Positions 25,986 to 41,621 of a DNA stretch of 64,000 nucleotides are shown here, in pieces. Below the pieces are notes generated by a model, which saw nothing but the letters and a program-made list of their open reading frames with translations, searched no databases and was not told the origin of the DNA. The stretch is from Octopus sinensis. Taxonomy: Eukaryota. The stretch spans positions 22,382,001-22,446,000 of the forward strand of contig NC_042999.1 in the NCBI RefSeq assembly GCF_006345805.1. Direction: 5' to 3'. The position numbers were made by a program, and so were the translations under genes. How positions within the stretch are numbered: position 1 is the stretch's first letter; each line of letters opens with the position of its first letter.

Positions 25986-26644
25986 CACATACACACACAC
26001 ATATATATATGTGTGTATATATATATATATATAAATATATATATATATCTGTGTGTGTGTGTCATCATCGTCATCATCGTCATCATCGTCGTCATCATTA
26101 TCATCATGATCATCATCTTATAATATACTCTACCAGAGTGTCGACTACCGCCTCTTTTGCTCTTCTGCAATAGAGAAGTGGTGATTATGGCTATCTTGAA
26201 ATAAGATATATTATAAGTTTCAGTCCCATCACCACCACCACCAACGCAGAGTGGGAGAAAGAAAAGAAGAAGAAAGAAGAATTAATCTCTTACTCCACTG
26301 GGAGTCTTATTTAGCAACCCGACAGAGTGAATGCAGAATTTGAACTGAGCGTGCTCATAGACGGCACAAATACCGTCATTCGTTCTCTCCTATACCCCTT
26401 AGGTTCTGCCATTTCGTAGCTGTATGGCCCGAGCATGGTTAGTAGTAGGATGGAAAGGGTCAAGGGCATGTGCACCTCGAGCGTCGCTCTCATGGGTTTT
26501 ATGGGTGCGGCATTTTAGGTCTGCTGTACAAGTCTGTAGAGAGCTCAAGGACGTAGTGGGGGAGGGAGCGCAACCGAAATGGATTACGGGTACGCAAATC
26601 AAGTGTTGTCCATGCGTTAACGCAAGTTCACGGATAGCCCGCAC

Positions 26645-27450
26645 ATGAGCACAAGCTCACGAGTTGCCCGGGTTGGAACACAAGCTCAAGGGTCGACCGG
26701 GCGAGAATGAAAGTTCAAAGTGCCTGGGCGGGGGTGCAAGTTCAAAAGTTGCCGGGACGGGAGTGTAAGCTCAACAGTTGCCCGGACGGGAGCGCAAAGC
26801 TCAACGTTTGGCTAGGTGAGATTGCAAAGCACAAGGGTTGCCAGGGCTGGAGCGCAAGCTCAAAGGTTGTTGAGGCGGAAACGCAAAGCTCTAGGGTTGT
26901 TTGGGCGGGAACTTAAGCTCAAGAGTTGCCCAGGCGGGAACGCAAAGCTCAAAGCTCAAATGAATGAATGTATATACGAATGTATAATACGTATTTATGA
27001 ATGGGTAATGAATCCGCGTGTGTGTGTGTGTGTGTGTAATAACATTGGTCTCTCCCTCAACAGCATCCCACACAGTAATTAAGGGGGTTGCAGTCTGAAG
27101 AGTTAGGTGGCCAGATGTTAGGGGTGATGTGGTCGCAGAAATTGTCTGACAGCCATGACTGGGTTCTCCCATTTGTGTGGTATAGTGCAGAGTCCTCCAG
27201 GCACTTGATCTAGGCCTCCGTGTTTAGTGTGAGGTCGTGTGGGTAGATGAATGGAGGCATGACGTTGCTTAGGTGGGGGAACAAAGCTCAAAAGTTGCTT
27301 AGGTGAGGGCTCAAAGCTCAATGGTTGCTCGGATGGGAGTGCAAGCTCAAAGATCACCCAGGTGGATATACAGGCTCAAGGGTTGACCGAGCAGGAGCGT
27401 AAGGCCCAGTGGCTGCCCAGGCGGGAACACAAACTCAAGGGTTGCCCGGG
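26645..27450 (+). repeat. GC-rich ~30-bp minisatellite in two blocks (26645-26960 and 27265-27450)
   Basis: Degenerate unit caagctcaagggttgcccgggcgggaa. Confidence 0.8.
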
Positions 27451-28135
27451 TAACGCACACACTCTAGCGACACTTCCGTGATGCCTCTGAGTTAGTGTGT
27501 GCCTGTACTTTTGCACGTGTGTTTGTGTGAATATGTATACGTATGTTTATGTACGTATGTATATGCGTCCGCATGTGTGCACACACAGCCGCACGTACAT
27601 ACACATATGTACGCATACATCACACATGTTTTCAACTAAGATGAATACTTTAAATATGCACAGATATGCACATATCATGGTGCATCTAAACATGCACGAA
27701 TAAACTCAACACAACACAGATGCACACTAAGACAGCGCATATATATGTGTCTATCTTCTTACATAATTTACAAGTGTGTGTGTATCTGTTTGTGTGTCTA
27801 TGTTTATACGTGCTTATATGTATATCTAAGTATGTATACATGTAAGTTTGCACGTATGAAGACGTATGTAACTGTGAGTACAAATGTATGTGTCTGCGAA
27901 AGCATAAACGAGTTAGCAAGTGTATGATATTTCTAATACACATTTGCATGCTCAACTGTATTCATTTTGGTTAATTTCCATCCTTCATCTTTATAAAACT
28001 CTGCTCACAATAAAATTAATCTTAACACGGCCTTCCTTTTCTCGTTATCATCATATGTAAAACACAATTTCTTTTCCCTTATTTCTTCTTTTCTCCCCAC
28101 CACTTCTTTTTTTTTGTTATTGTTTTGTTTCCCAA

Positions 28136-28223
<88 letters not shown>

Positions 28224-28811
28224 CAACCCTCTCACCTTAAAATTCTACTGCTGGTCTATTTTCCACCCGATGATATACGTAAAAATCAATTTTGATTAAT
28301 ATAAATGTAACTTACTGCTTCAAGCTGCGTGGAGGGGAAAATTTATCAGTTGGAGTTTTGCACTTTCGATATTATTAATTTTCGTTTATTGATAACCTGA
28401 ATAATACCAATGATGGCGTGATTCTCTATCACTGGATTTCGGTAAAAGCACATTTTAGTTTTTAATATTTTTTTCTTATTTCTTCTTTATCGACTTGCTT
28501 TTGCCTCTTAATTCAAGCACACTGTTGCTCGAAGATATTGCAGCTATGTTGGTTAGTGTATTGCCCATCCCAGCATATTATTTATTCATTCAGTTATCTA
28601 TCTGTTTATTAATTTGTGTTTGGTGGGGTTTTTTTTTATTTTCGATATGGAATCGCAGCGTCCATTATAAGTTGGATTAAGTAACTTAGTATAAAAGCGT
28701 ATTAAAGTACTGACTGGACAGACACTCTACGGGTAGATGAGTTCAAATGTACAGCAGGAGGTTTATTATGTTTCTAAGTCGAGCATCTCATTCTACATCA
28801 CCTCAATTAGC

Positions 28812-28868
28812 GTAGTAGTAGTAGTAGTAGTGGAGAGTTATAGTAGTGGTGGTGGTGGTGGTGGTGGT

Positions 28869-28917
<49 letters not shown>

Positions 28918-28936
28918 GTAGTAGTAGTAGGAGTAA

Positions 28937-28972
<36 letters not shown>

Positions 28973-28982
28973 CTGCAGCATC

Positions 28983-29023
<41 letters not shown>

Positions 29024-29112
29024 CAGCGGTGGTGGTGGTATGGCGGCGGCTGCAGTTGTAGTAGTAGCAGCAGCGGCGGCGGTTGATGGTGGTGGTGGTG
29101 GTGGTGGTGAAG

Positions 29113-29149
<37 letters not shown>

Positions 29150-29242
29150 AAGGAGGAGGAGGAGGAGGAGGAGTGGTAATAGTAGTAACAGCGGCGGTGG
29201 CGGTGGTAGTGGTGGTGGTGGTGGTAGTGGTAGCACCAGCAA

Positions 29243-29275
<33 letters not shown>

Positions 29276-29325
29276 TTGTAGTAGTAATAGTTGTAGTCAC
29301 TGCTGCTGCTGCCGCCGTTGTTGTT
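28812..29325. repeat. Compound trinucleotide microsatellite (GTA/GGT/GGC/GCA)
   Basis: Direct inspection. Confidence 0.95.
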
Positions 29326-29699
29326 AATATCATTGTTGTTTAACCCTGAGTCAACTCGAGCAGCTATGACCAAAGTCACCTAATCCATCGCCGTCCCAAC
29401 TTTGTTTCGGGAATCATCTATCACGGACTACATAATACGAGGCAAAGTGTGTGTGTATGTGTGTGTGTGTGTGTTTAAGTGAAACAATTTAGCTGTTATT
29501 TCTAGCACGCCTAGCAATCACATAGCGCTGTTGTTCTCAGCTATTTGTAGCTCAGTTCTCCCTTTCACTGGCTGCCATTTTACAAACGCTCCCTTTTCCG
29601 ACATTGAGGAAATAAACAGCGGATTACTTTACCCAAATAGAAACCAATTTGATGTAGTGGTTTATTATCTACGTTTTATATACTAAACCAGTCAGTATA

Positions 29700-29783
29700 T
29701 GCAATATCATGTTGAATTACACCGGTTCTCGTCCGGCCACCGAAGTTAAGCAGCTTCATGCCCAGTTAATATTTCGATGGGTG
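29700..29783 (+). pseudogene. 5S rRNA-derived fragment (5' two-thirds)
   Basis: gttgaattacaccggttctcgtccggccaccgaagttaagcagc...cccagttaatatttcgatgggtg matches invertebrate 5S rRNA as recalled (GTTGAAAACACCGGTTCTCGTCCGATCACCGAAGTTAAGCA...GGTTAGTACTTGGATGGGTG). Confidence 0.75.
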
Positions 29784-30215
29784 GCGAGCTGGCAGAAACG
29801 TTAGCACGCCGGGCGAAATGCTTTGCGGTATTTCGTCTGCCGTTACCTTCTGAGTTCAAATTCCGCCGAGGTCGACTTTGCCTTTCATCCTTTCGAGATC
29901 GGTAAATTAAGTACCAGTTACGCACTGGGTCGATATAATCGATTTAATCCGTTTGTCTGTCCTTGTTTGTCCCCTCTGTGTTTAGCCCCTCGTGGGCAGT
30001 AAAGAAATAAGAATCGTTAGCACGGCGGGCAAAAATACGCTTAGCGGTATTTCGCCCACCCTCATGTTCTGCGTTCAAATGCCGCTGAAGTCGACTTTTC
30101 CTGTCATCCTTTCGGGATCAATAAAATAAGTATCAGTTGTGAACTTTGGGGTCGATGTTATCGACTTACCCGCTGCCCCGAAGTTACTGGTCTTGTGCCA
30201 AAATTTGAGACCGTT
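29783..30215 (+). mobile_element. Meta-domain SINE family B dimer
   Basis: Two successive bodies with different 3' ends. Confidence 0.8.
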
Positions 30216-30234
30216 AAACTAAACCATCCAGTAT

Positions 30235-30467
30235 ATTCTTTTACTTCTTTCAGTCATTTGACTGTGGCCATGCTGGAGCACCGCCTTGAGTCGAGGAAAT
30301 CGACCCCAGGACTTATTCTTTGTAAGCCTAGTACTTATTCTATCGGTCTCTTTTGTCAAGCGATGTTGGGGGGACATCTTTGTAAGCCTAGTACTTATTC
30401 TATCGGTATCGGTTGTCAAGCGATGTTGGGGGGACAAACACAGACACACAAACACACACACACACAC

Positions 30468-30548
<81 letters not shown>

Positions 30549-30770
30549 CATATATACGACAGACTTATTTCAGTTTCCACTCCTACGCCTATATATATAC
30601 ATATATACGATGGGCTTCTTTCAGTTTCCGTCTACCAAATCCATTCACAAGGCTTTGGTCGGCCCGAGCTATAGTAGAAGACACTTGCCAAAGGTGCCAC
30701 GCAGTGGGACTGAACCCGGAAACATGTGGTTCATAAGCAAGCTACTTACCACACAGCCACTCCAACGCCT
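30235..30770 (-). mobile_element. CORE-like SINE family A with internal duplications
   Basis: Family match; ctttgtaagcctagtacttattctatcggt is duplicated. Confidence 0.85.
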
Positions 30771-31087
30771 ATGTGCATCTTTTTAGACATTTGTGTGGAC
30801 TGGTGCCTTCTGTGTTGAGTTTTAATGGATCTCGCGATCGCCGTGATAATTTAGTTTATCTTCGTTTTCGGACTTTGGTCTCGATAAAGAGCTGCTCACG
30901 ATGGCTATCTCACTGTTAAAGTCATCAGATACAGCACGTCCATGGCCAAACGTACATCTTTCCCACTCACGTTCGTTCCCGCCTTAAATATAGATATGTG
31001 CATGTGTTTCTTAGAACTATATGTGAGGGTGTCCTACAAAAATGCATATTTTCTTGCTGTTTCCAATGGAATAAAGTAAATTGTTCC

Positions 31088-31167
<80 letters not shown>

Positions 31168-31610
31168 ACAGATAGATGGATGGATATATGGATGAATGGA
31201 TGGATAGGTGGATAGACAGACAGACGGACGGACGGACGGACGGACGGACGGACGGACGGTCGGACGGACGGTCGGACGGACGGACGGTCGGACGGACGGA
31301 CGGTCGGACGGACGGACGGTCGGACGGACAGACGGACGGTCGGACGGACGGACAGACAGATGGTTGGATGGATAGATAGATGGATAGACACACAGACACA
31401 CACAGAGATGGATGGATGGATGGATGGATGGATGGATGGATGGATGGATGGACGGACGAACGGACGGATGTATAGATGGGTGGATGGACGGACGGATGGA
31501 TGGATAGATGGATGGATGGGTGGACGGACGGCCGGACGGACGGACGGACGCACAGATGGACAGATGGACAGATAGATACATACATACATACATTCATACA
31601 TACACACACA
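31088..31610. repeat. Compound tetranucleotide microsatellite (GATA/GGAT/GGAC)
   Basis: Direct inspection. Confidence 0.95.
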
Positions 31611-31771
31611 ACCACACAATTCCGACGCGTATTGGACTTGTTTTGTGCGTGACTTTTGGCCCATCCTGTACTGTATAGAACAGTATTGTTGGCATATGAA
31701 TAGAGTAAGAACTTATGTTATCTTTTGACGTGTATGGTCCGACATCAGGTGACTAACATTGCAGACCAACT

Positions 31772-32085
31772 GACACTCCGTCGGTTGCGACGACGAGGTT
31801 TCCGGTAGATCCAATCAACAGAACAGCCTGCTCGTGAAATTAACGTGCAAGTGGCTGAGCACTCCACAGACACACCTACCCTTACGTAATTCTCTGGTAG
31901 ATTCAGCGTGACACAGAATGGGATGAGTCTGGTGAATTACAGGTACAGCTCAATTTTGCCGGTTCAGTGGTCTTGATCAACGTGAAATAAAGCCTCTTGC
32001 TCAAGGACACAACGCACACCAGAGTATTGAACTCGCAGCCTTACGACTGTGAACCGAGAACCTTAACCACTAAGCCACGCACTTT
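31772..32085 (-). mobile_element. V-domain tRNA SINE family C
   Basis: tRNA-like head, V-like gtgtccttgagcaag...tttatttcacgttg and the shared tail. Confidence 0.8.
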
Positions 32086-32100
32086 AACCTCTGGCCAACT

Positions 32101-32445
32101 CCGGTTGGGACCCCCTTTGGTCACGACACTGACCATGGGATTTCACCAAGAAAGTTACCCTCCTAGTCACAAGTCTGGGCAAGGTGGTTTATGGAAGACC
32201 AGCAGTCACCCATGCATACCGGCCACCCCTCTCCACGCTGCGAGTGTTATCCAAGAGAAAGGCAAAGGGGCCGATACAGCTTGGCACCCGTGACGTCGCA
32301 ACTCATTTCTACAGCAGTGTGGACTGGAGCAACGTGAAATAAAGCATCTTGCTCAAGTACACAACACGCAGCCCGGTCCGGGATTCGAACTCACAACCTC
32401 ACGATCGTAAGCTCGACGCTCTAACCACTGAGCCATGCGCTTTCA
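32101..32445 (-). mobile_element. V-domain tRNA SINE with an alternative 3' tail and 12-bp TSD
   Basis: Minus strand: ggcatggctcagtggttagag-like A box, gttcgaatccc B box and V-like ttgagcaag...gttgctccagtccac. TSD ctctggccaact at 32089-32100 and 32446-32457. Confidence 0.85.
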
Positions 32446-33244
32446 CTCTGGCCAACTATGATTCCTTTAACGAAAGGGCGTGTCTCGTATCTGAATCAAA
32501 CACTAACACGGGTTATTATTGTTTTGATTCTGCTAAAAATTGTAAAACAAGTTGCTTTAGCCTTTGTTATTATTATTCCTCTTATTATTATTATTATTTT
32601 TACAGTTGCTGTTGTTATTGTTGCTGTCTTAGTATTATTTAAATTTCAAACAAAAAAAAACTACTCCTTAATGTAGTTATTGATGTCTTAGCTTGTTTGG
32701 TTTCATTCTAGCTATTTCATATTTCCTCCTAGCTTTTTATTTCTATTTTTAATTAAATAGATTTTTACATGACCAATTGTCTTCCATTTCTGTTTTACTT
32801 CTTCTTCTTCTTCTTCTTCTTCTTTAAGCAATAACGAAAACTTTAAATTTGGAATATTCAAGAAGCAGCGCTATAAGATTTGGCTCAAATTATTTTGTTT
32901 CTTACGCTGTCGTCATCGTGTATTGTTTATTTCCTTTCACTTTTCCTTTCTTTTCTTATTTTCTCAAATCAGATATTATACCATAGAACCTAAGGATTCT
33001 GTTTTCAAAGATATCCATCTGATCTGTAACCATCAATAAACCTGCTGCTGTTATGATAAAGACCCAACTGAACGATAATTAGTATAGCAACATCTTTCCT
33101 TCTAATGATGAATAACGGTTTGTTTCAACAATAGCCGAAACACATGAAGAAAGATCCGCCTTTTCCAATATAACCTTGAAGCTTGGAATTCGATACTCTC
33201 GCTTTATTTTCGTTTGTTCTCTCTTTCTTTCTTTCTGTTTTCTT

Positions 33245-33279
<35 letters not shown>

Positions 33280-33598
33280 TTGCATTCTATTTTCATTTTT
33301 TCCTCCAATTACATATTTACAAACTCCATCCTAGCATATTTGGCATTTATTTGCATCATTACACATATTTATCGCAGAAATACATTTTCAAATATAAATA
33401 AACATTCTTTTCTTTCTAGATCTCTCTCTCTCTCCTTCTCTCTCTCTCCCTCTCTCTCTCTCTTTCTCTCTCTCTATCTATCTATCTATCTATCTCTCTT
33501 TCTCTGTTTCCTTCCATCCATGTCTCGCTTTTTATCTCTCAATTTCTTTCTCACATTCTCACTCTCTCTCTTTGTCTTTTACTACATGCTCTCTCTCT

Positions 33599-33643
<45 letters not shown>

Positions 33644-33902
33644 ATGTATGTATATAATATATATGTATATATATATATATCCTTAAATAAATACACGAAT
33701 GAATAATGAAACAAAGCGTTGTTTAATGAAAGCAACAACAATAACAATAACATTTTCTTTAACAGCCACAAGGGCAACACAAACGACACATTACAACAAA
33801 ACAAAATATAATTCCGAGCGACACGAATAAAATTCTAATATTTCAAAACAATGGTTCGCATACACACAAGTGCATAACACTAGACTCAAACAGATGCAAG
33901 CA

Positions 33903-33963
<61 letters not shown>

Positions 33964-34077
33964 ATATATGATATACATACACTTATACACACAAGCACTT
34001 CAAAAAATACAGACACATTTAGACATGCATATATAAATATATACGTACATATGTACATGGATACATTGTATACATTA

Positions 34078-35410
<1,333 letters not shown>

Positions 35411-35629
35411 TAAAGCGAAAACGCCATATTTATAATGGAAATTGAAACGGTTTTACACCATCACCAACAGCGCACACGCACACACACACACACAAACATA
35501 CATATACACATACACAAAATATTTAAGTAAATGAGTTATAAATTCATACATATTTATTCATTACTGACAGATTGTATATTTTATATAATGGTATTTACGT
35601 GTTTATCAAAATATACATATGTGCATACG

Positions 35630-35753
<124 letters not shown>

Positions 35754-36034
35754 TATATATATACTAATATTAATATATGTAATATATTTTTTCTAAGTTT
35801 ATATATTTATATAATACAAATATATATACATATACATATATATGTATTTATTAATATATGTATATATTTATATTGATATAAATATATATGCATATTTATA
35901 TATATATCTATATATATATATTATATGTATGTATATATATATTAATACAACATATGTATATACATATGTATATTATATATATTATGATATATGTAGGTAT
36001 ATATATATATATAGTTATATATTGATATATGTAG

Positions 36035-36081
<47 letters not shown>

Positions 36082-36744
36082 ACATATAAGATATATATAT
36101 ATAAACATATACATATACATATATATATATAATTATTTGTTTGTTTGTTAAGGTATTATTCAGTAAGTTCTCATCACAATACGTGTTATGAATTTTGTTC
36201 AGACAATAAACATTTTTTTCTTATATTAAAAGCTCCGAGGACAAGGTATGGCATCCATTTGCATATTTTCCATTTCATTATTATTACTTTTAATAATAAC
36301 AATAATAATATTAATAATAATCCTTTCTGCTATAGGCACAAGGCTGGCATTTGATGGGAGGGGAAAAATTGATTATATCTTTGACCATCATCCATCTTTT
36401 TTCTCCACACGTGTTCATTTTTCCTTTCTTCCGGTCTGACCAGACATATTCTTGTCTGTCTCCTCTCCTATCTTTTCTCCTGTCAAAGAATGTTCCTCAG
36501 CGTTCGCCACCTTACCACGTCTGGCTTAGCAGCCCTCACTATTTATTTCACTGTCCTGTTTTTGTTACTAGCTTTGCCTCTCCGCAAAATCCCAAATTTT
36601 ATTTTGGAGCAACTGTTTTCTCGAAGGCACATATTGTCGTGAACATACGAATACATCTAAAATGTTGTGCATACGTGTGTTATACTAATTGTATAATGTA
36701 TCAAAATACTAGCAACACCACCACCAACTACTACTACTCTTACC

Positions 36745-37070
36745 GGTACTCCGTCGGATACGACGATGAGTATTCCAGTTGATCCGATCAACGGAACAGC
36801 CTGCTTGTGAGATTAATGTGAAAGTGGCTGAGCACTCCACGGTTACGCGTACCATTAACGTAGTTCTCAGGAAGATTCAGCGTGACACAGAATGTGACAA
36901 TGCGAGCCCTTTGAAATACTGGTACCTATCATTTTTGCCAGGTGAGTTGACTGGTGCAACGTGAAATAAAGTGTCTTGCTCAAGGACGCACTGCACCGCA
37001 CCGCCGAGCCTCGAAATCATGACTTTACGATCACGAGCCGAATATCCTAACCACTAGGCCACGCATTTTC
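36745..37070 (-). mobile_element. V-domain tRNA SINE family C
   Basis: Family match. Confidence 0.8.
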
Positions 37071-37547
37071 CCCACCACCACCACTAACAATAGCAACATA
37101 CTTTGGGACTGTCAGAAGAAAGAATTACGTAGAACTTTGAAGAAGTTCGTCAATTTGTCGAAATTAATCCTAATTGTCATTATCACCATCATCACCATCA
37201 TCATCATCATCGTCTTCATCATCGCTATCATCATCATCGTCTTCGTCATCACTATCATCATCATTGTCTTCGTAATCACCACGTAATACAACAGATCAGC
37301 ATGATTCTTGCTATTCGGTGATTGGCTCTTATCTTGTTATATGAAACAGAAATAATTATTAAAAGAGACATCGACCGTAGTATACACAGCGACAAAGATT
37401 TTGCAACTAATGAAACTGTTTGGATTTCACACAGAATTTCACTAATGACTTCGCCTGATAAGTACGTATTATTAATACAACTGAACTTGCAAAATGGTTT
37501 AATAAACAGAGCGACAATTTCACTTGGATGATGACGTTGATGACGAC

Positions 37548-37600
<53 letters not shown>

Positions 37601-37796
37601 GATGATGGTGATGATGATGATGATGGTGATTAACTAAAGCTTGCATAATTCGACAGACTGCGATAATGCAGATGGTAACTGCATTCTTAGTAGAAACATA
37701 TTGCATGTTCCTATATTCAGATATTGCCGTATACAAACGCGCGCTTGTGCATGAACACATCATAGTACAACCTTAGACTCAAACATACGTACTAAT

Positions 37797-38201
37797 ATAG
37801 GAGTGGCTGTGTGATAAGTAGCTTGCTAACCAACCACATGGTTCCGGGTTCAGTCCCACTGCGTGGCATCTTGGGCAAGTGTCTTCTGCTATAGCCCTGG
37901 GCCGACCAATGCCTCGTGAGTGGATTTGGTAGACGGAAACTGAAAGAAACCTGTCGTATATATGTATATATATATATATATGTGTGTGTATGTCTGTGTT
38001 TGTCCTCCTAGCATTGCTTGACAACCGATGCTGGTGTGTTTACGTCCCCGCCACTTAGACAATCGGCAAAAGAGACCGATAGAATAAGTACTGGGCTTTA
38101 AAAAAAGAATAAGTCCCGGGGTCGATTTGCTCGATTAAAGGCGGTGCTCCAGCATGGCTGCAGTCAAACGACTGAAACAAGTAAAAGAATAAAAGAATAA
38201 A
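37797..38201 (+). mobile_element. CORE-like SINE family A
   Basis: Family match. Confidence 0.85.
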
Positions 38202-38670
38202 ACAATATATATATATATATATATATACGCTCTCAAATATAATATCTATGTATGCAAATTCATGAGCATGTGTGTGAGGGTTGGGTAAATGTATCCGTGT
38301 GCAGATACATGTATATGTATATGTATATATATATATATTTATACACATATGTATGTAAGTTGGTAGGTAGGTAATCTTGTATGTATATGCATATCTATGT
38401 ATGCAATTTCATGAGCATGTGTGTGTGAGGGGTACATGTATCAATCTCTACAATACACCAAGACGTCTAAATCTTTGAACTTTACGTAAAACTATTATTA
38501 TTATTATCATTACTATTATTTTTATACTTTCTAAACTTTCCTGTATATCTCCCCTACTTGTTCGCTCTCCTGTGTGACCCTTCTGTCCAGCAGTCGCCAT
38601 GATAGATCGGTAATCACTACACGCCTTTTTCTCCCCTTGTTTCTCTCCTTGTTTTTTTTTTTCTGTGTCC

Positions 38671-38706
38671 CTTTCTGTAGAAGAGTGTAGGCTCGAAACG
38701 TAAAAG
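38671..38706 (+). ncRNA. Variant minimal hammerhead-like motif
   Basis: cttt-CTGTAGA-agagtgtaggctc-GAAA-cg-TA-aaag. The core deviates from CUGANGA. Confidence 0.4.
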
Positions 38707-38792
38707 ACTTTTTCAATTTCCTACTATTCTAATACATTTGTGTGTTTTATACACCACCTGTCTTCGTCTTTTGTTTTTTTCGCGAACTTTCC

Positions 38793-38826
<34 letters not shown>

Positions 38827-38848
38827 ATGTGTGTGTGTGTGTGTGTGT

Positions 38849-38881
<33 letters not shown>

Positions 38882-39311
38882 ATTTTTAAACACATATATG
38901 TATGTAGGTTGGTAGGTACGTAATCTTGTATGTATATGCATGAATACACATAGACATGCTCTTACCTTAAAACAGGTACATGGGCAAATACCTGTGTGTA
39001 TATTTATGTATGTACGTATGTATGTATGCATATATTTATAAATATATAGATATATTTATATGTATATATGTATTGTGTGTGTGTATGCAATTTTGTATGT
39101 ATGTATTTATGTATGCTTGTACGTACGAGCATGATCACGCGTATAGGTACATAGACATAATTCATACGGATATATGATCATTCATAACGACTCATACACA
39201 TTCTTACAAACAACACAATCAAAGCTACGGCAAACAGACACACATGATCACGTGATATAGTATTATAAAGCGGTGATGGTGGCGACGGTGGAGAGAGTGG
39301 CGGTAGTGGAA

Positions 39312-39406
39312 GCGATGGCGGCAGCGATGGCGGCAGCGATGGCGGCAGCGATGGCGGCAGCGATGGCGGCAGCGATGGCGGCAGCGATGGCGGCAGCGAT
39401 GGCGGC
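39312..39406 (+). repeat. 12-bp tandem repeat (gcgatggcggca), ~8 copies
   Basis: Direct inspection. Confidence 0.95.
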
Positions 39407-39795
39407 TGATGAAGCCTACAGAAGGATTTCTTTCGTTCGGCGATTGAAATTCAGTTGTTCGATCGACTGAATAACCTGCTCCTTACAAAACTTGTCATTC
39501 CCACTGACGCGTGTACTTTTAGCATAATTCTAAAGCCAAACCAGCGTGACTTGGTGTGTATAACAAGATTTGTCTTTTGAAACATTTGTACAATCCACCT
39601 GGTGAGATTCTACAAAGTTTCTGTCTGTTCAGTTTCGCTCTCGCTCTCAAAGTATTGGTCGACCCGAGGCTGTTGTAAGTGATCTTTGACTAAGATGCCA
39701 TGAAATAGGATCGAACACGCAACGTCGAGGATGCAAAGCGAACTGCTTAACCATTCGGTTAGACTGCGTCAGTCTGCAGGCACAGTCTTAAAGAT

Positions 39796-39844
<49 letters not shown>

Positions 39845-40067
39845 AACAGGCAGACAGACAGGCAGACAGATAGATAGATAGATAGATAGATAAAGATACA
39901 TACATATACGCATGCATGCATACATACATACAGACAGACATGCATGCATACATATACATACATACGTGCACGCATGCATACATACATACATGCAAACATA
40001 TATACATATATACATGCATACATGCATACATCTCCGTATTCCCTTCCTTGGATCTTTCCTTTTTCTG

Positions 40068-40100
40068 TTTCTGACGAAGAGCTCCGCTCGAAACGTTAAG
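40068..40100 (+). ncRNA. Minimal type I hammerhead motif
   Basis: ttt-CTGACGA-agagctccgctc-GAAA-cg-TT-aag. Stem II is gagc/gctc and stem III is the palindrome ACGT. Confidence 0.6.
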
Positions 40101-40142
40101 TCCTCCTTCTTTCTTTCCTTTCCTCAGCGTCCAAGAACACTA

Positions 40143-40400
40143 TACAGATTGCGCCTGTAATGTACGAATTATCCGGTCGATTTCTCTTTCTGTAAATCCC
40201 AATTTATCCAGATTCTCCTTTAAGCATTTACTAACAAAACCTAGTGCTCCAACTATTATTGGTATTAATATGAATTCATAATCTGGATATAGAAGATGGA
40301 GGTTACGAAGCAGTTGTCCATAGATATCCTCTTTTTCTTTGATTTTCAAAGAAATATATTATATCTGCAGGGCAGCTGATTCTATGATGGTACATACTTT
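40143..40400 (-). pseudogene. R4/Dong-type retrotransposon restriction-like endonuclease fragment
   Basis: KIKEKEDIYGQLLRNLHLLYPDYEFILIPIIVGALG matches the RLE K..KY...IPIVIGALG pattern. Abuts (TATG)n. Confidence 0.7.
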
Positions 40401-40467
40401 TGTCCTTATGTATTTATGTATGTATGTATGTATGTATGTATGTATGTATGTATGCATGCATGTATGT

Positions 40468-40639
40468 TAGGAGTGGCTGTGCGATAAGTAGTTTGCTTAC
40501 CAACCACATGGTTCCGGGTTCAGTCCCACTGCGTGGTACCTTGGGCTAGTGTCTTTTACTATAGCTTCGGGCCGCCCAAAGCTTTGTGAGTGGATTTGGT
40601 AGACGGAAACTGAAAGAAGCCCGTCGTATATATATGTGT

Positions 40640-40683
<44 letters not shown>

Positions 40684-40845
40684 TACGTCTCCGTCGCTTA
40701 GCGGTTCGGCAGAAAGAGACCTATAGAATAAGTACTAGGCTTACAAAGAATAAGTCCTGGGGTCGATTTGCTTGACTAAAGGCGGTGCTCCAGCATGGCC
40801 GCAGTCAAATGACTGAAACATATAAAGGAATAAAAGAAAAAAGAA
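40468..40845 (+). mobile_element. CORE-like SINE family A
   Basis: Family match. Confidence 0.85.
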
Positions 40846-41550
40846 AATATGTATGTATGCATGTATGTTTGTATGCAAGAAAGTTAAAACTTAGTGCGCA
40901 AGCACAGCAGAGTTCAAGGTCAATCTGTACCGAGCGGCTTTACTCTGAGTGCTTTAGCTTCGTTACTATGGCAACAGTCCGGATACTTATTGATCTGACC
41001 ACGTACGCATTTATATACGTTGCGTAATTTTTACTGTTAATCTAAGTCACGATATTGTTGTGGCCATTGTTGCTGCTGCTATTGTTGTTGTTGTTATGTA
41101 AGTATTTTTGGCAGAGAGAGAGAGAGAACGAGAGAGAGGGAGAGAAAATTAGTGTATATTCTATGTCTGTTTCAACATTGTGAAGCGCTATTACATTTGC
41201 TTACATCGTTAATCGTCAGTTTTGTTATGGCGGTGATGGGAAGGAATTGCTTATAGGATAGATATGCTGTTTATTAATGTTTTTCCTGTCTAGTTTTGCT
41301 TTGTGTTATGTTATGCAATGCGTTGCGATTATTCCATTTCGAAAATACATGCTGAGCCAGGGGAAAAGCTTAGTAGCTTTAAAGCCAATATAACAGAGGG
41401 AGTCGAAAAGTTTACAAATTTTACGTTCGCAATTAAATTTGCAAACTACGACGGGTGTTTAATCATAGGCTTACAGGTTTGGGTTTATAATAGATGAGGA
41501 AGTTTTAAATTTTAATGTTTTGTAGCGTATGTGCATAATATAGGTATATA

Positions 41551-41620
<70 letters not shown>

Positions 41621-41621
41621 A

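Noticed and set aside
33100-33155. TGATGA...GAAACACATG possible HHR
   Set aside because: C3 is missing and the stems do not close; compatible with chance.
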